A stretch of DNA of 64,000 nt from Chrysomallon squamiferum (GCA_012295275.1 CM022675.1:13454001-13518000); one strand, 5' to 3'. Positions 42,032 through 56,678 are shown, counted from the first letter of the stretch. The notes: generated from the sequence alone by a model not told the origin. Numbers and translations are program-made.

Positions 42032-42821
42032 ATGTGTATATATATATAAATATTTAGGCGGATAGTTCAACAGGGCACATTACAAACATAAAATATTTAA
42101 ACTTGCTTTCCATACGTCTGGAAATTATAATAAATATGGATATCCCAGATCGTTATTTCGGTTTCGTCCGCCCCAAGCGTGTAATGTGATAAATATAATA
42201 ACAGGATTAATTACGCACTAATTTCGTCCGAAGTTGAAATAGGAACTGATATGCAGTTGGGTCGTATTACTAGTCTGGTTCATATTAATTAATTTTACAG
42301 ACCTTCGCATATTAAACATCGCAACCTGGAAAAGACTCACGCACGCACGCACGCACTCACACACGCACGCACGGCACACACACACACGCACGCACGCACG
42401 CACGCACAGGCTTACGCACTGAAATGCACACAACCGAAACAGTCTGACATTGATGCCTACAAATATCTGCAAACGCAAACATACGCACGCACACACGCAC
42501 ATGCACAGACACATAAATGAATATAAACACCTATAAATATCAATTTACTGTTGTCATTACCAGATATAAAACAAACACATAAACACACATATACATACAT
42601 TTATATGTTACGCTAAAGTACTACACACACACACATACATACACACATACATATATACATACATACATACACACGTGGAAAAAAATAACACGTACATATT
42701 ACATGCGTTTACAAATGCACACATTCCGAATTTCACCTATAAACAGTAACAAAATAATAAATTTCGTCACTACAACAAACTATGTTTCCACAAAAACAAA
42801 TAATTTTGAATAGTTACTCAC

Positions 42822-42944
42822 CACTCGCACGTGCTGCTCACCTACTGCTCACGTTTCGTACCTGCAACGTACTTCGATACTTCTCTCTCATGTTAGCTGG
42901 GAAGATCTTCTTAGCTAAAAGTTTCCTCGCCTCACTAGGAATAC
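42822..42944 (-). other. Candidate internal exon (123 nt with the distal donor; shorter with alternative donors)
   Basis: Minus strand: branch-like ctgac, acceptor gttttcttgttttctccag|G, donor GTG|gtgagta. Two frames close early. The third reads IPSEARKLLAKKIFPANMREKYRSTLQVRNVSSR*. Confidence 0.6.
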
Positions 42945-42982
42945 CTGGAGAAAACAAGAAAACTTACACGTCAGAAAAATCC

Positions 42983-43057
42983 ACTGGGATAGAGCTGCGG
43001 GATTAAACTGCTAGGCGTGAAGATTGGCAGGTCGCTGGATCGAGACTCGAAAGCGGA
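42983..43057 (+). mobile_element. Degenerate tRNA-derived SINE-like head
   Basis: GTGAAGATTGGCAGGTCGCTGGATCGAGACTCG resembles the 3' half of a tRNA and shares GTGAAG...GG.CGC.GGATCGA with 17497-17569. Confidence 0.45.
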
Positions 43058-43453
43058 TGATATTAAAAAAATATATATATTTTTAGGGATTACCTTCTAA
43101 CATTTTAACACTTTTTATTAATGTGTAGAAATTTCTGTGTGTGTTAATTTATTTTTCTTTGTTTCTTCTTGTCTCTAATTAATATTAATTAATTTAATCG
43201 TGTCTTACTCAGATCGATATTCATCGATCGACTGCCCATGAAAGGCGTGCTAGAACATTCGCAGGATGTGTGTATTGTTGCGATTTTTCATTCACTGTTT
43301 TATTTAGTATGTCTTACAAACTACAACAGTAGGTGACTCAGTAATAATAGAAAGAACAATAAATAAATAAATAAATAAATAAATGTCACCAACGGCATCT
43401 TCAATAACAATAACAACAACAACAACATGATTTAACCTTAGACGTAGAGAGAC

Positions 43454-43550
<97 letters not shown>

Positions 43551-43588
43551 TAACAGACAGAGAGAAAGAGAGAGATATTTAGATATAC

Positions 43589-43619
<31 letters not shown>

Positions 43620-44293
43620 TGTATGTATGTACATATGTATGTATATTTGTATGTATGTATGTATGTTACATGTGTGTATGTATGTATGTATGTAATATTT
43701 ATGTATGTATGTATCTATGTAAGTATATATCTGTCTATCTATATTTGTTTGTCTCTCTATCATTCTAAATAATATTGCAGTAGACACAGACGTCTGTTTG
43801 AAAACGCCTCACTAATTAATCCAGTCTATTCAGCAATTTATTTAAACACGCGTTTTATTGTTTATTAATGTAAGCTCATTGATACAAATCGACTAACACG
43901 ATATTTTGAGCACACAAAGCATTTCCTAGCTGTAAATAAGTAATGACGTAGTTAACTAGTCTGTGAATAAGTAATAATACATTGATGTAGTTCAAGGTCA
44001 GCCAGCAGTCACGACACTGAGTGTATTCTCCCACTTGTTACACGTCCCACTTTGTTCGCGCCGTATTTGCTACATTCCTGTCAGTTACAGTGCTATGTGT
44101 TGTAAGTTCCATTTCTTATATTTGTTATGCCCCTATCTATTATTCGTTCCAACTGATACCCACCACTTTTTATTTAGTACGCATGTGGTATCATACTATT
44201 TGTATACAATCTATGTTCTCCATCAGCTCCATTTAAACATTCCCGTTTGTTGTATGCTCTCTCTATATATATGTATCTCTCTGTATCTCTCCA

Positions 44294-44394
<101 letters not shown>

Positions 44395-45910
44395 GTCTGT
44401 CAGTAAATATACAAAGACACAGTTTATTCTCTATGTATGTATTATTGCGAGGATTGTGCCTGGCACTTTCCACGGTGCATTCGAGTCGTCTTTTTTTTTT
44501 TTTTTTTTATCTGTTTTATTTATTTATTTACCCGAATAATGTTCATGATGTGTAATCAGCTTTATTACAAACCGTTTCTCCTTTTTCCTGCATAACCAAT
44601 GCAACGCGATGAAGTCATCAAAACGACTGAACTTGCAGTTATGAAAACACTTTTCGAGCTTTCGGCCAACACAAACAAAATATCAAACTATTATCCACAA
44701 ACATTAACCTTCCACGCCGAAATGTGTAGGCATTAGGGGCAGATAAGTCATGTTTTCGTAAATAAATAATGGAACTCTTTAGTTCCGGAACACAGATGCG
44801 CCATATTTCATGCCAGGCGAAGGGTAATATTTTCTCAACGAAATGTGTTCGACAGAATTCGCTGAGGTAATGGCTACAACGAAATTGCAGATATTTTCAT
44901 TTTTTTTTTTTGGAAGAAAAAAAACAGGAAAACAACAAATAGTTTTTTTATTAACCGGAAGAGGTGGGAACACTGTACGATTGATGAATTCTCAGAAAGA
45001 ATGAACTGCAAACAATGAACAGATGATTTCTTGTTGCTAGGATACGAATGCACAATAAAACAAAAAATATATAAAAATAATAAAAATAAAAATAAAAATA
45101 AAAAGGGACGACACAATTTAATGAAAAGGTGATGTATAATTCGCGACTTTGGAAACGCAACCTAGAAATGTATTCATGACTTCTTTCTTTATTTATTTAT
45201 TTTTAACAATGATTATCGTCATCATCAGTGTTTTCATTAAGCTTTGGTTGTTCATATAACTATTTTATGTGTATATAAATAACAAACAAACAAACAAATA
45301 AATAAAATAATAATAATAATAATAATAAACACGTTTTGAACGAGGTAGGAGAACCAGAAAATAAACCGACCAACTGATTAACAGACAGACAAAGAAACTG
45401 ACAGACAAGAAAATACTAACATAAGCAGAGATACATAGAAAATCAGACAGACAGAGAAAAAGACACACAAACAAAACCGCAAAAAACAACAAAAAAACAA
45501 AAAAAAAATAAGATAAAAAACTGTCGATATAAAAAGAAGACAACATATTAATTAACAAACTGATCACATTAGTCAAACACTCCCCATCACCATCCCTCCA
45601 AACAAAAGAAATTTTCACTCGGTAATATAAAGGCGTATTTTGAACTCGCTTTAACTGCTGGGTGGGGGGGGGATGTTTGTCGAATCATCGCACCAACACT
45701 TGTAATAAAAACAGGATAAAACAGTTAGCACGGCAGACATTTTTGTTTTGTTTTTCACGTTAATCAGCTTACTGGAGTTTTTTGCGATTAATTTGATTCT
45801 GAAAGTGATGTATTATGTAGAGGACTGTGGGATGAGACAGCTGGAGTGAGAGAGACAGACAGAGACAGAGAGAACTACTAAAAAAAAAAATTGAGACAGA
45901 AAGAGAGAAA

Positions 45911-46626
45911 CTTGTCTATTTAGAAGAAGAAAAATATAAGATAACATAAGTTTGTTAACCAGTCTACTACTTTACTACTTTATTTATTTATTTATTTATT
46001 TATTAAAATGTTTATTTGTTTACTTATCTATGTCACGACTACTATTTATTTAATTAATATGTGTTTGTTTCTAATTTTTGTTTGTTTAACATTTTGAGAA
46101 GTAAATTGAAAACTCAATGACTGAGAAAAACTGAAACAAAAGACTTTTTTAAGCACCGAAGACGTTAAACACGTGTACACATTTGAGCACAAATGAAAAA
46201 AAAAATCAATACAAAAAATCAATACAAAAAAAAATAAAAACATTCCACACTATTTTATTGAATCTGACAAATAGTAACATTATTTTCAGTCAAACACTAT
46301 ATATATGAAAAAAAAAAATAAAAAAAAAAAAAAAAAAAAAAAAGTGACGAGTATTTTAAGAAAATATTTAAATGGGAGGTTTTAAACTTTCTACTTTCCA
46401 AAATAACTTTTGTTTAAAATAAGACTGCTGATAGGTTCGCTTTATGTTACGTTCCAGCATAAAGCTGTTTTCACACTGTGCGATTTCTTATAACATCACA
46501 AGCCAAGGTGAGCTTAAACTGTTTCATTTGACCTTCATCTTCGACTTATTCATTTTCATTTTTTATTCTTACATTTCTTTTCTTATTTCTTTCTTTCTCC
46601 CTTCTTCTTCCTATTATGATTAACAG

Positions 46627-46671
<45 letters not shown>

Positions 46672-47022
46672 TACATACTAGTGCAGCAAAATATTCAGTA
46701 ACTAAAACGAAGAACAAAGCTGCAACATCACAAAAACTGTCGTAGAAGAATAATCGTATTAAAGTATACAGCAAACAAAAAGAATTTTAGTGTATAAAGC
46801 GTTGTAACTGAACTTGTAATATCACAAGAGATAACTACTTTACAACCACAGTAACGACTACAACAACTACAAAAAAACAAACAAAAAACAAAACAAATTA
46901 AATAAAATAATAATTGTCTTGTCTAAGAGAAAATACGACATAAGTTTGTTTTGCCAGTCTCCTTTATTTATTTAATTTATTTATTTATTTATTTAAATGT
47001 TTCTTTGTTTGCTTATCTATGT
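45911..47022. repeat. Diverged direct duplication, ~105-120 bp copies ~1 kb apart
   Basis: 45911-46033 and 46918-47022 share CTTGTCTA..ACATAAGTTTGTT..CCAGTCT..(TTTA)n..AAATGTTT.TTTGTTT.CTTATCTATGT. Confidence 0.75.
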
Positions 47023-47584
47023 ATTTATTTATGTGTTTGTTTTTGTTTGTTTGTTTGTTTGTTTGTTTCTCTCTTTCACGTTTTACAGCGGCAGTACTAA
47101 CAGTCGGTGGAGTATAAGATAACAACGATAAGTCATGCAGTGTGAAATTGGCTTTATTCCATAAAAAAAAACTTTCTTGCAAGCCTTATTTTAACGACTT
47201 CTCTGAATTAAAACAAAACTCCATCCCCCCCACACACAACAGAATAACAACAACACAACACACACACAAAAAGAAACACAAAAAAAAAAAAAAAAAAAAA
47301 AGAAAGAAAAACAAGCTAACGAATTTCATTGATAAGGGACATACCACACGCGCGTGCTTCTCTTGGTAGTTGAAATAACAGTGAAAAGAAAAGATATTTA
47401 GAAAAGGTCTCGATAATCGAGGTTTATCTCTGGCAGTTCTAAACTTGGTACAATTAGTCTCGCTAAGATAAGATGCAACAGGTAAGAAGGTTAAGAAAGA
47501 AAAAAAAAGAAGAACAATAACAAAACCATTAGTAAAAGGAAAAAGAGAAAAAAAGAAAGAAAAAAAGAATACAAATCAACAGTC

Positions 47585-47615
<31 letters not shown>

Positions 47616-49265
47616 GCAAAATTATTCAGAAAGTGTTTACAGTTACTGGTGTATATATATCAATATATATATAGATATATATATGAATGTGTGTTTGTGC
47701 ATGCCAGTATGCATATTTGTATTATTTACGAGTAACTGTAAACACTTTCTGAAACTTTTTGCACTCTCTCTCTCTCTCTCTGAAGAACATCGTTTTATAT
47801 ATATACATACATACATATATACACACACATGTACGCATATGCACGCATGCAGGCACACCACACACGATCACCCTTAGACACACAAATATACATAGGTACA
47901 TGTACACGCATACACATACATAAATACACTCATACATACATTCATACGTACATACATATGTACATGCATACTTATATACACGTATACATACATACATATA
48001 CACATACAAACACACACACACACACACATAAACGTACACACAAATACAGACACACCCACATACATATATACATGCGTACACACACACATACATACTTACA
48101 CACGCATACCTACACGCATAAATATACGTGTATATATATATACTTACTGTTTCTTATATATTGACCGAAACATGCATAAACCCACAAAGAACGAAAGCGA
48201 TTAAAAAGGAAACTTAAAGAAAGAAAGAAAGAAGAAGAAGAAGAAGAAGAAGAAGAAGAAGAAGAGAAAGAGACAGAGAAAGAAGACGATAGATAAAGAA
48301 ACAGAATAAAAGCTAATCTAAGTCTGATTAAAACCTGAATTTCGTATCAGTGTGAACTTTCCAGTGACTTTTGCACGATGTTCTGTGTTTTGTTTTAACC
48401 TCTTTCTCTTTGTCTCCTTGCACTGAAACACTAAACCATAATGGAAGGAGAAGAAGATAAAAAAAAAAAAAAGTTTATAAAATGAAAAAATTAGGCAGGA
48501 GGTGATAAAAATAAAGGTCACTAAATGATTACTATTGACCGAAATCATTTGAATTCTTCGCTTTTCTTTTTATTTTGTTTTGTTTTGTTTTATTTATTTA
48601 TTAATTTGTTTATTTGTTAATTTGCTTGTTTGTTTGTTTGTTTGTTTGTTTGTTTGTTTGTTTGCTTGCTTGTTTATTTATTTATTGAACTTTATTTTTC
48701 ATTCATTATTATTATATTTTTTGTTTAATATGACATTATTTTCTGACTTTATTTTGTATTATCCTCAAAGCAAAAAGGCTTATTTATTATTATCTTTTAT
48801 CTTTGTTATTTATTTATTTATTTTTTATTATTTTTATGACTTTAATCTAAAAGAATGTTGGAAAAAAATAGCATTTTATATATATATATATATTTATTTT
48901 TATTTTTATTTTTTTTCAATTGACATTATTCTGTAAATCTGTTATTTACGTCTATAGATAAAAGAAAAAAAAGGGGGTGCGGTAAGTACAAATAAATTAA
49001 AAAGAATTGAGGTATTTTTATACAAGGCGACTACAAAGATTTATTTCAGAATAATATCATTTTATTTGCCAACATGTCGTCAATCCAGATAACCCTTTAG
49101 AAAAGTTCAGATTCTTCATCTGTTTTATCTTTAAAATGTCTTTGCTCTATTTAATAATTACTATTTATTTATGTATGTATTTATTTATTTATTTATTTTA
49201 AAGACTAGCAGCAAAATGTATATATGTGTGTGACCCTTTCCTGTTTGTCTGTGTGTTTGTGTGTG

Positions 49266-49348
<83 letters not shown>

Positions 49349-49632
49349 GTTATAATTATAACTATAGTCATACTTCAACAAATCTTTGCTTTTATGTAAA
49401 TTCTTAAACGGACAATTGTGACGTCACGATAACGTTACGAAATACCACGATATTATTCAGCTGGGAAGCAAACAGACATTGTAATGTTAAAAAAAGCAAC
49501 CAAAAAAAACCCCACTTAATAAACTGATCTTACATACAGCTTCAAGGCACATAATTTTATGACACATTGAAAGACAAATGACATAGTGAAGTATTCAAAT
49601 ATCAAAGGGACATAATCCATTAAAAATAAATT

Positions 49633-49677
<45 letters not shown>

Positions 49678-49683
49678 TAATAA

Positions 49684-49714
<31 letters not shown>

Positions 49715-49773
49715 AAGAAATAAATAAATAAATCTTATTTATCTGTTAGCTTATTTTATTATGAAAACATGTA

Positions 49774-49880
<107 letters not shown>

Positions 49881-50282
49881 GAGGCGTTTAGTGATTCTTA
49901 TTTTGTTTGTCATAAAAATGAAAGACCTGTAGCCATTAAACAACAACAACAACAACAACAACAATAATAACAATGACAACAACAACAACAGTAATAACAG
50001 CGACAACAGCCGTTACAATGCCAGCAGTAGCAACAACAGCAACAACAACAACAACAACAACTGAAAAACACTTACAAAGCTCTGCATCACGGCTGTTACT
50101 TAAGTGCACGTTAAAACATTTGATAATTGCTTTGACAATGAAAACCAAATATAGACAAAACAGATATTGATTCTTGGCTTGTGACAGACTTAATAGAGCG
50201 TGACCGTATCTTTTGTAACATCGTTATTTTACAAGATCGAACAGAAGTAGAAGTGAAATAAAAAATAAATAAATAAATAAAA

Positions 50283-50319
<37 letters not shown>

Positions 50320-50999
50320 TAGATTAAAATAAAATAATGTAAAGTAAAGTAAAGTAAAACAAAGTAAAATGAAATAAAATAAAATAAAATAAAAAAATAA
50401 AATAAAAAAGTAAAATAAAGTAAAATAAAAAGTGAAATAAAATAAAATAAAATAGATTAAAAAAATGGAAATAAAAACAAACAAAAAAAAATATATATAT
50501 ATATATATAAAGTGAAGTAAAATAAAATAAAAAAAGAAGAAGAAAAATAAATGAAAAAAAAAAAAAAAAATTAAAAAGATAAAAAATAAAGATAGAAAGA
50601 TGGAAACAGATGAAAGAAGAAGGAAATAATTCTGAATGAAGTAGGAAAAATAAGGCGGTAAACACAAAAATCATAAACAAATACTGAAATTAGTAAAAAT
50701 GAGAAGAATGAAAGAGAAAAGAAAGAAGAAATGACATGAAATCAAAGAAAAAAGATATAACGAAAGAAAACAAGAACAAAAAACAAAATAAATGTTTTTT
50801 AAGCAGAACACTATATTCTGCATATTTTCTACAAACGACAGAAAAATGACGTAAAAAGATCAAAGAAAACTTTGATGACGTCAGAGGTAAAAACGAAAGC
50901 GGCAACATGAAGGATGTCACTAGTTCATACCGCTATCTGATGATAAAGTTAATCATTCTGGTGTCTTTCGCGGTTTATGCACGTTTGTCGTAGACTCAC

Positions 51000-51076
51000 C
51001 TTTTAATCAATTCGTCTGCCATTTCTGCTTGGCACGTGAATCGATATTTACGTTACATGAATAATCTACAAAATGT
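51000..51076 (-). other. Candidate exon (alternative first or internal) containing an ATG in good context
   Basis: Minus-strand donor AAG|gtgagtc. Sequence gaaATGGCAGACGAATTGATTAAAAG encodes MADELIK with a phase-2 exit. 5' boundary uncertain (AG before 51076 or 51065, or a TSS). Confidence 0.35.
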
Positions 51077-51097
51077 CTATGTGTGAGAGAGATATTC

Positions 51098-51128
51098 AGG
51101 TCAAGTGAAGGTCAAGGGTCAGAGGTGA
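51098..51128 (+). promoter_or_regulatory. Composite nuclear-receptor response element-like sequence (DR5-DR1-DR1)
   Basis: AGGTCA agtga AGGTCA a GGGTCA g AGGTGA. Confidence 0.5.
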
Positions 51129-51394
51129 ACGTGACTGGAAGGTTTCCTATCTCTCTGTGAGATAAAACTTGAAAGGTCCGTGTAAAAATGATGTTAAACG
51201 TCACGTCCGCAGTAATGTATATCTAACTTTATAAAATATTTTATTTTGGTGCTGTGGAAGTGCAGGATGATGAAGATGATGATGATGATTATATTTATGA
51301 TAGTGATGATGATGATAGTAGTAGTAGTAGTAGTAGTAGAAGTAGTAGTAGCAGCAGCAGCAGCAGTCCAGGAAAAGTAATAGTATTAGTACAG

Positions 51395-52064
51395 AGTATA
51401 ATTAGTAGCATAGTATAGTAGCAATAACAGTAGCAATAATACAATAAATATACAAGTACAGTGCAGTACAGCATAGTATAAGTAAAGTATAGTTTAATTT
51501 AGTATACTGAAGTATAATTCAGCATAGTGTAGCATAGTGTAGCATAGTGTAGTATGGTATAGAATAGCAGAGAAGAGTATAGTATAGTATAGTATAGTAT
51601 AGTACAGTACAATATAGTGTAGTATAGTATAATATAGTATGGTACAGTATAACAAAGCATAGTACAGAATAGTGTAATATAGTCAAGTATAGTATAGTAC
51701 AGAGTAGTACAGTATTGTACAGTACAATACAATACAGTATAGTATAGTTTAGTGTAGTATAGTATAGTATAGCAGAGTATAGTATAGTATGGTAGAGTAT
51801 TGTTTTCTATAATATACTATAGTAGAGCATAGTATAGTACAATACAGTACAGCATAGTCATGAATATTATAGTACATCAAGTATAGTATAGTACAGTATA
51901 GTATAGTACAGTGCAGTCTAGTACAGTACAGTATTATGTTGTATGAACATAGTATTATATAGTATAGTATAGCATAGTATAATACAGTACCGTATATTAT
52001 AATATAGCATATCATAGTATAATACAATACCGTATATTATAGTCAAGTATACTATGGTATAGTA

Positions 52065-52065
<1 letters not shown>
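51395..52065. repeat. Degenerate (AGTAT/AGTAC/AGCAT)n pentanucleotide satellite
   Basis: About 650 bp with 5-bp periodicity. Explains the Tyr/Thr/Ile/Cys-rich ORFs at 51499-52027. Confidence 0.92.
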
Positions 52066-52159
<94 letters not shown>

Positions 52160-52797
52160 ACTTACATTTTCCACTTTCATCTTGTTGCCCTCTTATCTAC
52201 AAATTATTATTATTATTTTTTTTTTTTGTTTCCAGTTGTAAGAGATATGTTTTGAAAACTGCACTGGTTTACCCTGCAGTTGTTTTCAACAGCCCGTGCA
52301 GTTAAGTAGCTGCATGTTCGCAGCTCTTGAAACGTTAATTATACCATGGAATGTTCACAACGTCAATACGTCATAACGTACCAGATCTGCACGTAACGAG
52401 TCATTTACCAGACTGGCGGCTCGGTTTATATTAAAACAATGAGTCAGTGTGAGCAGTTCACAGATTCACTCACACTGCAAGGTTCGTAGGTTAGCGTGTC
52501 GTGTGGTGTTAGTTTGTTAACCAAGAATCATATCTAGTGATCTAGTTGTGTAGAATGTATGTCAGTCACAAGGTAATGTGAGATGATAATGTTATGTTTA
52601 TACTCTAGTTTATATATATATATATAGTAAAAGGAAATAAATACCAATAGCTTGAAACAAATATTATTATTCAGTCCAACTATTATCTATTTTGTCATTA
52701 AATGTTTAATTATTTTATCACTCGTTCATTCGGGTTGTTCATTTAGTTATTAATTCTGTAATGTGTCCATCTGTCATTCATTGGCTCAAACATTAAC

Positions 52798-52871
<74 letters not shown>

Positions 52872-53583
52872 GATATTATTATTATTTATTTATTATTTTA
52901 TTATATTTCATTTCATTCTATTCTATTCTATTTATTTATTATTATTATTTTTTTATTTATTTAATTTTTTTATATATATATATATATTTTTTAAATTATG
53001 ATTATACACAGTAACACATATTAATACTTCGCCGCCAAACGCCTCGTGCGAAATGTACACAAAACATTTACTACGTCATAAAACACACATTGCGATTTCG
53101 CGATAAACGATCCAGCCAACCAGGAATATTACTTTCACTAAGCTCTAGAAATTACGTCGCATTTTGGTACGATCTCTGAAATCAATTCCATATCCTGAAT
53201 AAAGAGAAACAGCTATGAAAAATTTATACCAGTGAATTATTTAAGGCAGAATTCTACATACAGCGAGCGCTTTGCAATGGCCTGTTGGACAATACTAACA
53301 ACGCTATAAGATTAATGAATTATCTACGCAAAAGATTATAGCATCTGTTAAATGAAGCGTCTATGCAAAAGAAAAAATATTCGGATCGTCTGTATAAATT
53401 TTTATGTCATGCTTTAAATAAGTCATTTGTGCAAAGAAGTTATAAAAAGAAGCATTCTGTATGCATCATTTTAATGATGCAGTTAGAAAGCAGATGAATG
53501 CAGACGGAACTAGGAATCGATCGCGTTATCTTCTGTTCTTTGATACATTCACATGCACACAGAGATGAGAGAGAGAGCGAGCG

Positions 53584-53667
<84 letters not shown>

Positions 53668-54801
53668 ACACATCATATTTTCAATTACTATATTATTATT
53701 ACTACTACTATTACTTCTACATCTACCATTATTATTATTCATATTATTCATATTATTATTATTATTATTATTATTATTACATTATCATTCATTCATTCAT
53801 TCATAAGCATAACCTCGAACGCAACCAGTATCCGCACGAAAGCTACGCTAAACTAATACCATTGTAAAAAGTATTGATTACAACAATCGAATTTACACCA
53901 GTCTATCCGAGGTAATAACGTCAGCGTTTCCGCCATGTTTTCTTTCTTCGGTTCGAGAACAATTTGCTCCGTTTTACGAGCTCCTTAATGTTCCACTTGT
54001 CTCAGATATTGTTAATTATTTCTTTCCACTCAGAGGTTGACGAATGTTGATTCTAAACCCAGTGGAGAGACTCGGATTTGATTCTTTACAAGTTCAGACT
54101 CGTGCGCATCAAAGAGAAGATGCTCCGTTTAAGTTGATGGATCTGGTGGGTGGGGGGGGTATTTCTTTGTAAATATTTAGAGTTTAGAAATTAATTTTGT
54201 TTGGTTTCGTAGACAAATAAGAGAAAGAGAGAAGGAGTGTCGTTTCGTACTGGTGTGTTTTATTTATTTATTTATTTATTTTTTTTTTTTTTTTTTTTAT
54301 TTATTTTTTTTTTTTTTTTTTTTTTTTTTTATTTATAATATTTATTTATTTATTATTTATTTATTCATTTATTTATTATTTATACATTCATTATTTGTTC
54401 ATTATAATTTATTCATTTATTCATTTTACTTTATTTGATTCATTTTTAAATATTTATTTTAATTTATTTATTGATTTGTTGCGTGTTTTAATTCTTTTCA
54501 AGTCGATAAATTTATAATCTTTTAATTCATTTATTATTTAAATCAATTATTTTATAATCTTCATTTCAATTAGATTTTGGTTTCCTTGACAACAAGAGCA
54601 GATAATTTAATCGATTTATTATTTAAAAAATCTTGTAGAATTTTTTTAATTAATCTCCATATGCAGTAACATAGTGTTAATTCTTTCATTTGACAAGGGA
54701 TAGGATCAAACCTCAGCTAGGCCTATTTCCCGTCCTATCTAAAACTATATTATTGATTTATTAAATGCCAATGTAGGTGTTTCCCTGGATGTTAAAGGTT
54801 G

Positions 54802-54861
<60 letters not shown>

Positions 54862-55428
54862 AGTAGTAGTAGTAGTGGTTACAATAACAATAACAATATC
54901 AACAAAAAAAACAATAACAAAGGTTAAAAAAATCATAATTAAAATAACTAGGAAGCATAAATACAGAAAATAAAAATAAAAATAAAAATAATATAAAAAT
55001 CGAAATGTAAAACAAAACGAAAAAATTTAGAAAGAAACTTGCATTCTACGGAAAATGTTCTTAATTCGGTCGGCTTTTTTTTAAACACTCTGACATGGAT
55101 AAACAATTCATTACTAGAACTGTCAGCTAAAAAATAAATGTTTTCTTAATACATCGATTATTTTGTGACTGTGACCTGTTCTCGCTAATAACTCTTTCCC
55201 GTATGTTTAAAAATTTACAAGATTAAAATTTCTGTGCAAATTGAAACAAAAGAGGAAATGAAGAAAATCAAAGAGAGTTTAAAATTTGATCAGCCATTGT
55301 GTTGTCATCGGGGCTGAGCAAATAAGTAATAAATAAATGATGAAGATAGATAAATGATGAGCAAGACAGAAAGAGAAGCAACAGAAGCAGATGCGACAGC
55401 AACAACAACAACAACAACAACAGCTATC

Positions 55429-55479
<51 letters not shown>

Positions 55480-55596
55480 TTAATATTAATATGGTGATAA
55501 CGACAACGACAGCGACGATGTTGAAAAATGTTAAATGAAGAAAATTAACGGATAAGCGATTTGCTGAGTGTACTGACAATTCCTTGTCAGTCTCTC

Positions 55597-55788
55597 AGTA
55601 TGTTAGTCAGTCAGTACGTTAGTCAGTCAGTACGTTAGTCTGTCAGTCGTGTCAGTTAGTACGTTAGTCAGTCAGTACGTTAGTCAGTTTTTTAGTTTTC
55701 AGTCAGTGCGTTTTTTTTTCTCGGTACGTTAGTCTGTCAGTACGATATCAGTATGTTATTCTTATGTTAGAAACGTTAGTCTGTCAGT
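55597..55788. repeat. 16-bp minisatellite (CAGTACGTTAGTCAGT), degenerate
   Basis: GTACGTTAGTC(A/T)GTCA recurs through the interval. Confidence 0.85.
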
Positions 55789-55899
55789 GTGATTTTTATT
55801 TTAAAAATGCCAGATATCGTTATTCTTATGAAACTTTCAATTTTTTTCCCGAAAGGTTTATTAATTTAGAGAATTTTTTTCCATTACTTTTTTTTTTTA

Positions 55900-55937
<38 letters not shown>

Positions 55938-56439
55938 TTCATAAAATAAAATAAAATAAAATACACAGACAGACAGATACAGATGGATAGATAGACAGAC
56001 AGACAGACAGACAGAGACATGCATAGTTAAACACAACAGATTATCCCAGTTAACGAGAACGTAAAGCTTACAACAATCTAAAATTCTTCTTATTCGTTTC
56101 TTTTCCTATCACAATTATATTTTTTTATTTTTTTTTTTTAAATAGTTTTTTTGGCTTGTTTGTTTTTGTTCTTTTTTTTTTATTCTTTTATCTGTTCTCG
56201 CGTAGATGAGAGTGTTTTAAGAAAGCGACACCAGTGTGAAGCACATCAAACAGGAGACTAATCACATATCAACCGATATTCCTCCGCGCTCTATCGACAA
56301 AATTACTCGAGTTTCAGCCACAACGAGCACGCCGTGAAGAAAATCACGTCGTCGCCCGCGCGGTGTCACGTGCTAACTGCCTCTTCCGAATTGCACGCAC
56401 GTCCCTTCGCAACCGGAACGCGTTGAAATCAGAGTTTCA

Positions 56440-56451
56440 CAGCGCCCTCTG
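56440..56451 (-). promoter_or_regulatory. CTCF-like core motif in a CpG-rich island (56280-56510)
   Basis: Minus strand CAGAGGGCGCTG. The island also has GTCACGTG and many CG dinucleotides. Confidence 0.45.
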
Positions 56452-56645
56452 TTTACTTACAGCGTGCAAAGGGAGATCAGTCTACGCGCGCGGACGATTT
56501 CTCAGCGCAGATTGAATTTACACAAACAGACGTTTTTATTGGTTAATGTTATGTTTTAGCATGGAAATAATTCAGTTTAGAAATAAAAATAGATGTTGAG
56601 CGAACCAGTTCAAAGCAGATATTCTTCTTTTTGACTTTTTCTTCT

Positions 56646-56678
<33 letters not shown>

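Noticed and set aside
52445-52477. Inverted repeat CAGTGTGAG...CTCACACTG
   Set aside because: A 9-bp stem is expected occasionally by chance in 64 kb; no other support.
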